Assembly: GCA_965262915.1 (NCBI GenBank)
Contig: OZ253564.1
Coordinates: 3,008,001-3,072,000 of the forward strand
Source: Candidatus Spongiisociaceae bacterium
GTDB lineage: Bacteria; Actinomycetota; Acidimicrobiia; Spongiisociales; Spongiisociaceae
Direction of reading: 5' to 3'
Length of the DNA: 64,000 nucleotides
How positions within the stretch are numbered: position 1 is the first letter of the stretch; every line of letters starts with the position of its first letter. Shown one piece after another: positions 39,632 through 48,912 of the stretch. The notes below the pieces were generated by a model. That model saw only the letters and a program-made list of their open reading frames with translations, searched no databases and was not told the origin of the DNA. Made by a program: the position numbers and the translations under genes.

Positions 39632-40555
39632 GTGACCGGAATCAGGCGTCCCCGGCGTGTCCAGAGATCGATGCTGTCGGTTCCCGGATCCCGGCCGTCC
39701 CTGTTTCCCAAGGCGGCCCGCTCGGGCGCCGACCACGTCATGCTCGACCTCGAGGATGCGGTGGCGCCCGACGACAAGGAGGCCGCCCGGGCCATGGTGG
39801 TGACCGGGCTCCGCGAGGTGGACTGGCAAGGCGCCGGCCAGACGGTCACGGTGCGCATCAACGACGCCGGCACCCCGTGGATGGTGGGGGATATCCGGGC
39901 GGTGGTAACCGGGGCCGGCGACTACGTCGACACGCTGATGGTGCCGAAGGTCACCGGCCCCGAGGAGATTACCCGCGTATCCCACCTGCTCGATGATCTG
40001 GAGCAAGACCAGGGGATCTCGAGGCCCATCGGTCTGGAAGTACTCATCGAGACCGCCCGAGGGCTGGCCTGCGTCAACGCCATCGCCGGTTCCGATCCCC
40101 GTCTCGAGGCGCTCCATTTCGGCGCCGGAGACTTCGGGGCCGAAATGGGTGCCCGCACTCTCACGATCGGGGACGGTCTCGGGTATGCCGGCCGCTGGCA
40201 CGCCGTCCAGACCATGATCGCAGTCGCGGCCCGCGCCTGGGGGCTCCGGCCCATCGACTCCGCCTACGACGACTTCCACGACGACGAGGGCTATCTGGCT
40301 GCGGCAGACCGAGCGGCCGGGCTCGGCTACGAGGGCAAATGGGCCATCCACCCCCGCCAGGTGCCCCTGGCAAACCGGGTGTTCTCCCCCACGCCCGAAG
40401 AAGTTGCGGCTGCCCTGGGTCTGGTGGAGGCCATGGAAGCCGCTGCGGCCGAAGGAAAGGGAGCAGCCCGCTACCGGGGGAAGATGATCGATGCCGCCTC
40501 CAGCCGCCTGGCGGAGAACATCCTCCGCATCGCCGAGCGGGTGGACCGGAACTGA
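39632..40555 (+). CDS. CitE/malyl-CoA lyase-family CoA ester lyase
   Basis: RSMLSVPGS, LDLEDAVAP, IETARG and GYEGKWAIHPRQ motifs. Confidence 0.88.
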   Translation: MTGIRRPRRVQRSMLSVPGSRPSLFPKAARSGADHVMLDLEDAVAPDDKEAARAMVVTGLREVDWQGAGQTVTVRINDAGTPWMVGDIRAVVTGAGDYVDTLMVPKVTGPEEITRVSHLLDDLEQDQGISRPIGLEVLIETARGLACVNAIAGSDPRLEALHFGAGDFGAEMGARTLTIGDGLGYAGRWHAVQTMIAVAARAWGLRPIDSAYDDFHDDEGYLAAADRAAGLGYEGKWAIHPRQVPLANRVFSPTPEEVAAALGLVEAMEAAAAEGKGAARYRGKMIDAASSRLAENILRIAERVDRN

Positions 40556-40644
40556 GCACACCGCCCGCGCTGCTCCGGCGCCCGATCCGAGAGTTGCGGT
40601 GGCGATCCGCCCAGGCCGGGCGGGAGGCCGGTGGGTGACCGTGG

Positions 40645-40748
40645 GAGAGTGCTGCAAAACGACGGGGAGCAACGGCCCGTGCCCCCCTCTGAGCAGGCAC
40701 TATGTCATCGGCCGACGGGCCAACCATTCACCCGTTTCGAACCCTCTC
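40645..40748. repeat. About 99-bp nested-palindrome intergenic repeat, copy 2
   Basis: GAGAGTGCTGCAAAACGACGGGGAGCAACGGCCCGT...CTCTGAGCAGGCACTATGTCATCGGCCGACGGGCC matches the 58192 copy. Confidence 0.85.
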
Positions 40749-40754
40749 AGAGGG

Positions 40755-42437
40755 TCAGTGGCCGGCTCCGGTCGCCATCGGTACCGCGTTCCCGGTGGCT
40801 GCGCCGAGCGAGTCTCGGGCGTGGTAGGACGACCGCACCAGCGGCCCGGACTCGACGTGGGCCAACCCGACGCGCCGGCCGTAGTCGGCGTACTCGACGA
40901 ACTCGTCGGGGTGCACGTAGCGGTGGATCGGACGGTGCCGGACCGTCGGCCGGAGGTACTGCCCGATGGTCACGATGTCGACGCCCACCGCCCTGAGGTC
41001 GGCCAGTGCCCCGAGCACCTCCTCGCGGGTCTCCCCCATCCCGACTATCAGACCCGACTTGACCGTACCGGCCGGGTCGTACCACTTGGCCCTGGCCAGT
41101 AGCGCCAGGGACCGGCCGTAGTTGGCCGAGGTCCGTACCTCCCGCTGCAATCTCAGCACGGTCTCGGTGTTGTGGTTGAGCACCGCCGGTCCGGCCTCCA
41201 GCACCCTTTCCAGATCGGCCCTCACTCCCTTGAAGTCGGGGATCAACACCTCGACATCGCAGCCGGGAACCCGCTTTCTCGCCTCACGCACGGTCTGGGC
41301 AAAGATGGTGGAGCCACCGTCGTCCAAGTCATCCCGGTTGACGGAGGTGATCACCGCATGGCGAAGCCCCATCGCCGCCACCGCCTCCGCCACCCGGAAG
41401 GGTTCCTCCAGGTCCGGTCCCTGCGGGCGTCCGGTGTTCACATTGCAGAATCCGCAGGCCCGCGTACACGTGTCGCCGAGGATCATCATGGTGGCGGTTC
41501 CCTGCCCCCAGCATTCATAGATGTTGGGGCACCCCGCTTCCTCGCAGACGGTGTGGAGGTCGAGTTCCCTCATCAGCCTGCCCAAGCGGAGGTACTCGTC
41601 CCCGAAGCGAGCGGTGACCTTCATCCATGGCGCCCGAGGTGGCTCCCCGGTCAGCCGCCGCCCGATGGTGACCGGAACCTGCGAGCGTCCCTTGGGCGAG
41701 AAGCACCCGTCGGCGAGCAACCGGTCCACCTCATATTCGCGGGGACGGCCCTGTCCCCTGGTGAAGGCTCCGAGCTGTATCTCGTTGCGGGCGTAGCCGA
41801 ACACCTCCTGGAACCTCGGAACCAGCACCTCGACCGCCTCCTCGATGGAGACCGGACGGCCCAGCAACTCGACCAACGAGGTGACGGGCCGGTCGGTGAT
41901 CCCGCAGGGGTGCATGTAGGAGAAGTAGGCCATGTCGGGATCGACGTTGAGGGCGAACCCGTGCATGGTGACGTGGCGGGCCACCCGGACACCGAGGGCC
42001 GCCACCTTGCCACGGTTGGTCCACACGCCCGTGTTGCCGGCTTCGCGCCGGGCCGCGATCCCGAAGTCGGCGAGGGTCCGAATGAGGACCTCTTCGACGG
42101 CCCGCACGTAGGGAACGATCCTCTTGGTGTCGGCCAGAGCAACGATCGGGTATCCGACCAGCTGGCCCGGACCGTGGTAGGTGATGTCTCCTCCCCGGTC
42201 GATGTCGAAGCGCTCGGCTCCGACCTCGACCAGTCGCTCGGGGGTGATCAGCAGGTTGGCGCCGTTGCCGTTGCGACCCAGCGTGTAAACGTGGGGATGT
42301 TCCTGCAGCAGCAGGTAGTCGGAGGCGCTCCTTCCAGTGTGCCGCCCCTCCCAGAAGGCCCGCTGCAGGTCCCAGGACTCCTCGTACGTGAGGCGTCCCA
42401 GCCATCTCGTCCGCAGGAGAGCGTGGTCGGCCGCCAC
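40755..42437 (-). CDS. lipA: Fused octanoyltransferase LipB + lipoyl synthase LipA
   Basis: EHPHVYTLG, RGGDITYHGPGQ, HGFALN and PCG (LipB), then CEEAGCPNIYEC, CTRACGFC and RSSY (LipA), all in one frame. Confidence 0.9.
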   Translation of the reverse strand: MAADHALLRTRWLGRLTYEESWDLQRAFWEGRHTGRSASDYLLLQEHPHVYTLGRNGNGANLLITPERLVEVGAERFDIDRGGDITYHGPGQLVGYPIVALADTKRIVPYVRAVEEVLIRTLADFGIAARREAGNTGVWTNRGKVAALGVRVARHVTMHGFALNVDPDMAYFSYMHPCGITDRPVTSLVELLGRPVSIEEAVEVLVPRFQEVFGYARNEIQLGAFTRGQGRPREYEVDRLLADGCFSPKGRSQVPVTIGRRLTGEPPRAPWMKVTARFGDEYLRLGRLMRELDLHTVCEEAGCPNIYECWGQGTATMMILGDTCTRACGFCNVNTGRPQGPDLEEPFRVAEAVAAMGLRHAVITSVNRDDLDDGGSTIFAQTVREARKRVPGCDVEVLIPDFKGVRADLERVLEAGPAVLNHNTETVLRLQREVRTSANYGRSLALLARAKWYDPAGTVKSGLIVGMGETREEVLGALADLRAVGVDIVTIGQYLRPTVRHRPIHRYVHPDEFVEYADYGRRVGLAHVESGPLVRSSYHARDSLGAATGNAVPMATGAGH

Positions 42438-42478
42438 CCGGAGAAACCTGTCGGGCTTCCCGGCCGGCCGGTCACCGT

Positions 42479-43894
42479 TCAGGTCAGATGCTGTTCCCAA
42501 TCCCAATTCTCCAGGTTGTCCTTTATCCGGCGCAGGAACAGCACCGCGGTGGAACCGTCGAAGGCCCGATGATCCCAGGAGAGTCCCAGGTAGCCGATGT
42601 GCCGGATGGCGATGGCGTCCTGGCCGTCGGCGGTGGTGACCACCTTGGGCCGTTTGGCCACGGTGTCGGTCGACAGTATCGCCACGTTCGGCACGTTGAT
42701 GACCGGGGCCGACATGAACGATCCGTAGGGTCCGGGGTTGGTGATCGTGAAGGTGCTTCCCGTAACGTCGTCGGGTCCCACCCGGCCGGTCCGGGCCCGA
42801 TCCGCCACGTCCCGGATCTTGCGGGCCAGCGCCCGCATGGTGTAGTCGTCGGCGCTCCTCACGGTGGCGACCATCAGGCCCGCCTGGTTGAGGTCGATGG
42901 CGATCCCCAGGTTGAGGTCGTGGTGGTACACGGCCTTCCGCCCGTCGATATCGAAGGAACTGTTGACGATCGGGAACTCCCGGAGCGCGTCGATGGTGGC
43001 CCGGGCGATGAACGGAAGGTAGGTCAGCGAGAATCCTTCCGCTTCTTTGAAAGCCTGGCGATGGGATTGCCGCACTCGTTCCACCCCCTCGTAGTCGACT
43101 TCCACCGAGGTCCACACGTGGGCCGCCGTCTGGAGCGACTTGACCATGTTGGTGGCGATCCTCATCCTCATACGGCTCAGGCGTACCTCCTCGTCCCGGC
43201 TCGTGACCGGTTCCGCGGGAGGGGGCTCCGGCCTCGGGGAAGGGGCGGGACCGGGTGCAGGGGCGGGCGGGGCCGCCTGTATCGGGGAGGGGGCGGGAGC
43301 CGGCTCGACTGCCGGCTCCGGGGCCGGTCGGGAGGCCATCCGGTCTATGTAGGCCAACACGTCGTTGCGGGTGACGCGGCCGTCACGCCCGGTGCCTTCG
43401 ATGTCGCTGGGGTCGATGTCGTGTTCCCGGGCCAACCTGCGCACCACCGGGGAGAGGAACTGGCCGGGCCCGGGCCGGCGCCGTCGCGGCCCGGTGACGG
43501 GCGCTGCCTCTTCGACCGGACGTGGCGGGGTCGGGGCGGCCGGCGCCATCGGGAGTGGAGTCGGCGGGACCGGCCCGGGGGGCGCCTCATCCGTCGGCTG
43601 GGCGGCTGCGGCTGCGGGCAAGGGTGCCGGTTCCAGGATGAGGGTTTCGGCTTCCCCCGCTTCGGATATGACCACCATCGCGGTTCCCACCTCGATGGTC
43701 TCGCCCTCGCCCACCAAGATGTCGCTGACCACGCCCGACACCGGCGAGGGGATCTCCGTGTCCACCTTGTCGGTGGATATCTCGACGAGCGCCTCGTCCT
43801 CGGCGATCGGATCGCCGACCTGCTTGATCCAACGGAGCACGGTCCCTTCGGTGACCGTCTCACCGAGTTGCGGCATCGAGACTGTGGTTGACAT
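42479..43894 (-). CDS. 2-oxoacid dehydrogenase E2 dihydrolipoamide acyltransferase (DlaT/SucB-like)
   Basis: MPQLGETV...STDKVDTEIPSP lipoyl domain; SPVVRRLA; DHRAFDG. Confidence 0.92.
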   Translation of the reverse strand: MSTTVSMPQLGETVTEGTVLRWIKQVGDPIAEDEALVEISTDKVDTEIPSPVSGVVSDILVGEGETIEVGTAMVVISEAGEAETLILEPAPLPAAAAAQPTDEAPPGPVPPTPLPMAPAAPTPPRPVEEAAPVTGPRRRRPGPGQFLSPVVRRLAREHDIDPSDIEGTGRDGRVTRNDVLAYIDRMASRPAPEPAVEPAPAPSPIQAAPPAPAPGPAPSPRPEPPPAEPVTSRDEEVRLSRMRMRIATNMVKSLQTAAHVWTSVEVDYEGVERVRQSHRQAFKEAEGFSLTYLPFIARATIDALREFPIVNSSFDIDGRKAVYHHDLNLGIAIDLNQAGLMVATVRSADDYTMRALARKIRDVADRARTGRVGPDDVTGSTFTITNPGPYGSFMSAPVINVPNVAILSTDTVAKRPKVVTTADGQDAIAIRHIGYLGLSWDHRAFDGSTAVLFLRRIKDNLENWDWEQHLT

Positions 43895-43933
43895 CGTTCG
43901 CATCTCCCGGGGTTTACAGCACGTTCGACATTG

Positions 43934-45307
43934 TCAGTGGAGGGGACGGTGGGCCGCGGACATCAAGGTCTCCCCGACCGCTTCGCTCAGAGTGGGGTGG
44001 GCATGGACGAATGCCGCCGCCTCCTCCGGCAGCGCCTCCCATCCCACCATGTACATTAGTTCGTGGATCAACTCCCCCGCATAGGGACCGACCACCGTGG
44101 CCCCGACGATAGGCCCGCCTACCTCGTTGAGGATCTTGACGAAGCCGCGGTTCCTTCCGATGATCCGGGCCCGGCCCACTCCCATGAAGCTGTGGTCATG
44201 CGCCTCCACCTCGATTCCCGCCGCGATGGCCTGTGCCTCGGTCAAGCCGACGGAGGCCACCTCCGGATGGGTGTAGACCACGCTGGGGAGGGCCCGGTAG
44301 TCGACGGGCGCCGTCCGGCCCGTGGCGATGAAGGTGACGGCCGCGATGGCCTCGGCGAACGCGCCGTGTGCCAGACCGGGCGTTCCGGCCACCACGTCGC
44401 CCACCGCGAAGATACCCGGCTCGGCGGTCTGCATGGTGTCCAGGTCGGCCAGCACGAAACCCCGGTCGGTCCCGACTCGAACGCTGTCGAGACCCAGGTC
44501 GTCCGTGAGCGGGCGCCGGCCCACCGCCACCAGCACCGTGTCCACCTCCACTGCATCGTCCCCCCCCACAGCGCCCAGGGTGATCCCTTGTCGCGACCGG
44601 CCGAGTTGCGCCCCGGCCCCGAGGACAAACTTCACTCCGCGCCGTCCGAGCTGTTTCTGGAGTTCGCGGGCGGCGCCGGGCTCGAACCCGGGGATTATCT
44701 GGTCTATCATCTCGAAGACCACCACCTCGCTGCCCACATCGGCCAGAAGGCTTGCGAACTCGCATCCGACGATGCCCCCTCCCACGATCCCGACCCGGCC
44801 GGGGCGCTCCGGCCAGTCGAGGGCGTGGTCCGAACTGACGATCCGCTCCCCGTCATAAGGGAATCCGGGCAACTCGATGGGTACCGAGCCGGGGGCGAGG
44901 ACCACATGGCGCCCCTCCAGCATACGAAACTCGCTCGGGCCTTCCACTTCGACCCGGCCGAGGCCCGAGAGGCGACCGTGCCCCTTGAACACTTCGACCT
45001 TGCGGTGGCGGAGCAGCCCGGAGAGGCCCCTCACCAGGCCGTTGACGATCCGGTTCTTTCGAGCTAGGGCAGTCGGCCAGACGAAGCTCGCCTCGCCGGT
45101 TATCACCCCGAACTCCCCCGCTGACCGGACCGTGGAGTACACCTCGGCCGCTTGGAGCCAGCTCTTGGCCGGTATGCACCCCCGTAGCAGGCAGGTTCCC
45201 CCGACCGCGTCATGTTCGACAAGTGCCACCGAGAGGTCGAAGTTGCGGGCGTAGAGGGCGGCGCCGTAGCCACCGGGACCCCCACCGACGATTACTAGGT
45301 CATACAC
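43934..45307 (-). CDS. lpdA: Dihydrolipoyl dehydrogenase
   Basis: GGGPGGY, GGTCLLRGCIP and HPTLSE motifs. Confidence 0.94.
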   Translation of the reverse strand: MYDLVIVGGGPGGYGAALYARNFDLSVALVEHDAVGGTCLLRGCIPAKSWLQAAEVYSTVRSAGEFGVITGEASFVWPTALARKNRIVNGLVRGLSGLLRHRKVEVFKGHGRLSGLGRVEVEGPSEFRMLEGRHVVLAPGSVPIELPGFPYDGERIVSSDHALDWPERPGRVGIVGGGIVGCEFASLLADVGSEVVVFEMIDQIIPGFEPGAARELQKQLGRRGVKFVLGAGAQLGRSRQGITLGAVGGDDAVEVDTVLVAVGRRPLTDDLGLDSVRVGTDRGFVLADLDTMQTAEPGIFAVGDVVAGTPGLAHGAFAEAIAAVTFIATGRTAPVDYRALPSVVYTHPEVASVGLTEAQAIAAGIEVEAHDHSFMGVGRARIIGRNRGFVKILNEVGGPIVGATVVGPYAGELIHELMYMVGWEALPEEAAAFVHAHPTLSEAVGETLMSAAHRPLH

Positions 45308-45914
45308 CGGATGTCACGCCTCCATTTTTTCGGTTCCCCGGACGGCTCAGCCTAATCGTATCGGGTAAGGACGCCATCAGCGCGACCTGCTCCGACCCGA
45401 CCTGCCTGCCTCGATCCCGCCACAGGTGTCCGGTTGCGCGACCCGTGCCTGCCGGCTTCGAGAGCCGCCAGCGTCCCAGAGGTGCGCAGGCGCCGGTAGG
45501 CGAGGAAAGCGAGAACGCGAAACAATCGCAGGCCGCGAGCCGCCCGGAAGGCTTGAACTGTCACACCCGAGGACGCATATTGAAAGGGACACAAAGATCG
45601 CCGCGGCCCGGACCTCTCCGATCATCATCGAGTCTCCTTCCCCGGAGCGGCCGCTCCGGTAACGCCCCCAGGGAACGAGCAACCAGCCGACGGGTTGACC
45701 TTCGGACTCGGATAGCCGCGCGCTATCCGGACGATCACCGATGGACAGGCGGCGGCGGGTCGGGAGGGAACCCGGCGAGACGGGCGCCTCCGCTGTCCGG
45801 GCGGGCGACGTCACGGCAGGAGGGGTGGGCAAACCGTCGGGGTGGACGTTCGGCGCCTGGCCTCCAGGGGAGGCCAGGCCGAAGGCGCGACCGAGGCGCT
45901 ACCCTTTCGCCGAG

Positions 45915-46007
45915 ATGCCGACCCGCTACCTGATCTTCGGGGCCTTGGTGACCGCACTGGTGATCCTGGTGGGGGTAGGCCTGTGGTTCCTGCTGGGTGT
46001 GCTGTGA
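45915..46007 (+). CDS. Putative 30-aa single-TM protein
   Basis: MPTRYLIFGALVTALVILVGVGLWFLLGVL; GC3-rich codons; upstream of dodecin. Confidence 0.4.
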   Translation: MPTRYLIFGALVTALVILVGVGLWFLLGVL

Positions 46008-46059
46008 GCTTCCCCGCCCCAATGAGTATCTGCCTGGCGACGATCCGTCGAGGCTGGGA

Positions 46060-46278
46060 ATGCAGATAACCAAGACGATCCGTCTCACGGGTGAATCCGC
46101 CGAGTCCATCGAAGGCGCCATCGCCGCGGTTCCGCAGAGGGCGGCGACTTCACTCCGGGGTGTTCGCACCTACGAGGTGGTCCGGGTGGCCGGATATCTC
46201 GATGACGAGACCGCCTGGGCTCACGAGGTCACCTGCGACGTGACGTTCGGCGTGAAGGACGCCACGACTCACGGGTGA
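46060..46278 (+). CDS. Dodecin-family protein
   Basis: KTIRLTGESAESIEGAI...RAATSLRGVRTYEV...VTF pattern and about 70-aa length. Confidence 0.75.
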   Translation: MQITKTIRLTGESAESIEGAIAAVPQRAATSLRGVRTYEVVRVAGYLDDETAWAHEVTCDVTFGVKDATTHG

Positions 46279-47247
46279 CATCGGTAGCCATTCCCCTGGG
46301 TGACGGGATCCACCGGATCACGTTGGCGCTCCCCATGCTCCGGCCCGAGTCGGTCAACTGTTACGTGGTCGAGGGTGACGACGGTCTGACTCTCATCGAC
46401 TGGCGGAGCGAACGCCCGCGCGGAACTCGAGAGTCTGGTGGCGAGGCTAGGCGACATCTCGGGAGGCGCCGTCGCGCTCGATCGTCTGATATGCACCCAT
46501 CTCCACTTCGATCACATGGGCGGGGCGCACACACTGGTGTCCCGGCATCCGGTGGAGTTCGTCATGCACCGCTCCACCGCCGACCGGGTCGAGAATTACA
46601 ACGATCGGACCGCCGGCCGGTCTGATCTCCGCAAGCTGGCCCGGGCTCATGGGGCGCTCCCCTCCCAACTCGATCCGGTCGAGGCGGTATGGACACGTCG
46701 CTCGTATCGCGGGATCGCCATGCGGCCGAGCCACCCGGTGGTGGACGGTGAACGCATACGGGTCGGATCGGGTCGCTACCTGGAGGTGATAACCACCCCG
46801 GGCCACGACTACACCCATATCTGCCTGCGCGACAGCCGCAGCGGCTACCTGTTCAGCGGCGACCACGTCCTTCCCCGGATCACTCCTTTCATACCGTACG
46901 ACCCGGATCGGGACTCCCTGGCCGAGTACCTGGCTGGACTGGAACTCATCGAGGACCTCGACCCCGCGGTAACCCTTCCCGGCCATGGCGAGACCATCGA
47001 TCGGGGAAGAGCCAGTGCCCGCCAGATCGCTCTGCACCACGAGGGAAGGCTGGGCGCCCTCTCCCAGGTCGTCAAGGGCCAGCCGGCAACCGCCTGGGAA
47101 ATGACGACCGAGGTCTTCCGGCCCGATCCGGACCCCTTCGACAAGATGCTGGCCTTCCTCGAGACGATGTCGCATCTCGAGTACCTGGTCAACAGAGGGA
47201 GGTTGCGCCGATCCCTGGATGACGGCGTGTGGCGATACGTGCGCTGA
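46275..47247 (+). pseudogene. MBL-fold metallo-hydrolase, frameshifted near 46400
   Basis: VNCYVVEGDDGLTLID in one frame; THLHFDHMG, TPGH, SGDHVL and PGHG in the next. Could be a sequencing error. Confidence 0.78.
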
Positions 47248-47387
47248 CCGGGTGGCGGTGAGCCTGGTGGGGGCCGACGGTGTGCCTACCCGGCGGGTTC
47301 TCGCCGCCTAGGGATCAACCGTTCCGAACCGACCATACGGTGGGCGGATCTCTCGTCGCATCAGTGGTCAGGCCGTAACCGAACCGG

Positions 47388-47609
47388 TCATCGGCCACGG
47401 TTTACTTGCAAGGGTCTGAATCCCCGGTTGCGGGCTTCGGCCAGGGTGTCCGGACCGTATGTCTGGACCAGCTTCCGTCCCATCAGATCGTCGGATTCGA
47501 TGCGGTGTTCCAGCTGGGCGAACTGCGCGGGGTCGTCGCAATCATAGACGGTCATCGTGTCCCGGGCGCCGACGAACCGGTTGTGTTCGAAGCGTCTCAT
47601 TCGAGGCAT
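47388..47609 (-). CDS. Small hypothetical protein
   Basis: RRFEHNRFVG...VYDCD...GPDTLAEARNRGF; coding-like codon use; RBS gaagg. Confidence 0.65.
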   Translation of the reverse strand: MPRMRRFEHNRFVGARDTMTVYDCDDPAQFAQLEHRIESDDLMGRKLVQTYGPDTLAEARNRGFRPLQVNRGR

Positions 47610-47690
47610 GGCGACCTTCCCCTCAGACAGTCTCGCGTTCGGTTGGCCCGGCTCCTGCTCCGGGCGAGCGAGGACCGGCGTTCCCGGTCC

Positions 47691-48020
47691 TCATCGAGAC
47701 CGACCCCCACGGCCCGTCCTGACCTCGGTACCGCACATCGGGCAGGGCGCCACCGCGATCTCCCCGACGATAAAACTGAAGCCGCAGTCCCGGTCGGGAC
47801 AGACCGTCCGGCGGGAAGGTCGCTCGGGTGGCGGTGGCGGTGGCGGTGGCGCCATGGATCCTGGCCCGCCGGGACCGGGGGCTCCGGGAGGTGTTGCCGC
47901 CCCCGGGGGAGGAGAACCGGACGCCCGGACCTCGTTGGTAACCCCACACGCCGGGCATGCGTAACGACCCGGCCTCATGACCTCGAACCCTGTCCCGCAT
48001 CGACCGCAACGTGCCCTCAT
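47691..48020 (-). CDS. Double zinc-ribbon protein with Pro-rich linker
   Basis: CGRC/CPAC and CPDRDC/CPMC; ATG overlaps the upstream stop. Confidence 0.7.
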   Translation of the reverse strand: MRARCGRCGTGFEVMRPGRYACPACGVTNEVRASGSPPPGAATPPGAPGPGGPGSMAPPPPPPPPERPSRRTVCPDRDCGFSFIVGEIAVAPCPMCGTEVRTGRGGRSR

Positions 48021-48460
48021 ACCGGCTCCTGTTCCTTGACCCGTTCGCCCAGAGCGCCGATCCCGGCCAGGTATCCGGCCTCGCCGGCCAGAACCGCAGC
48101 TATGTCGGCTGTGGAGTACTCGTGGCCCTGCCTGGCCAACTGACCCCGAATGTACTCGATGGCGCTTCCTTCCCCTCCGGCCACCACCTGCAGTCCTTTG
48201 CGCAGACGGGCCGGGACGGCCAGACCCTGTAGGTAGTGCGTGGACCACTCGACGGTCCTGCGGACCCCCGCCGGACCGAGTCGCTCCAACACCTCAGGGT
48301 CGAGAGTCTCGACCGTGAAGTCCACCGCGTCGTTTATGACGTAGACGGCGGGTTCCACCGGCTGCCGACCGCGGGCCTCCACGACCGCCACCAGCGCCAC
48401 AGCGCCAATCAGCAGCACGAGGAGCAGGACGCCGATGACCACCGCGGTATTGGAAGGCAT
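48017..48460 (-). CDS. Hypothetical protein with N-terminal TM helix
   Basis: Hydrophobic N-terminus; translationally coupled to the zinc-ribbon gene. Confidence 0.7.
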   Translation of the reverse strand: MPSNTAVVIGVLLLVLLIGAVALVAVVEARGRQPVEPAVYVINDAVDFTVETLDPEVLERLGPAGVRRTVEWSTHYLQGLAVPARLRKGLQVVAGGEGSAIEYIRGQLARQGHEYSTADIAAVLAGEAGYLAGIGALGERVKEQEPV

Positions 48461-48542
48461 AGCCGGTAGCCTATCAGTGGCGAGTCGAATCGCTGCCGGT
48501 GGCAGGCGCAGCGCCGGCTCCCGGGCGGCGGGGCCGCCACGC

Positions 48543-48775
48543 TATCCGAACGGGAGCAGGATCCAGGACTTCCCGGCCGGCGACGAGGCGTCGACCCCCG
48601 TAGCCCATCTCGGACAGCGTGAACGGCGCTTCGCCTACCACGAGGGAGCGGTCGTTCGGAACCCCCCGGTAGTACCGGCCGTCCCGCTCCTCCGCTTGGC
48701 ATCGGTGCTCGACCAGGCCCGGTTCCCCGATGCCGCCGGGTCCGATGCTGAGCGCCACCGTCCCGGTAGGTTGCT
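48543..48775 (-). pseudogene. Remnant C-terminus of a fourth beta-propeller paralog
   Basis: PTGTVAL/GPGGIGEPGLVEH/VPNDRSLVVGEAPFTLSE, then shifted-frame KSWILLPFG*, match the C-termini of the three intact paralogs. Confidence 0.7.
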
Positions 48776-48912
48776 GATCTCGACCGGGAGTCCGGCGGGC
48801 GCTCCCGGACCGGCCCCCAGCGACCGGCACCGCCATCACGACCCTGTCGATCACCCGTGGCGATGGTCATCCGCCTGCCCCGGTAGAGCTACCTCTGCGG
48901 GTTCGCGGCCCC

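Noticed and set aside
42438-43115. N-terminal extension of the 786-aa lipB-lipA ORF
   Set aside because: Overlaps the E2 gene out of frame; similarity to LipB begins near GTG 42437.
45350-45740. Riboswitch, ncRNA or small lipoprotein upstream of lpdA
   Set aside because: No recognisable aptamer; the ORFs are short and unconvincing, possibly a decayed gene, but I cannot support a call.
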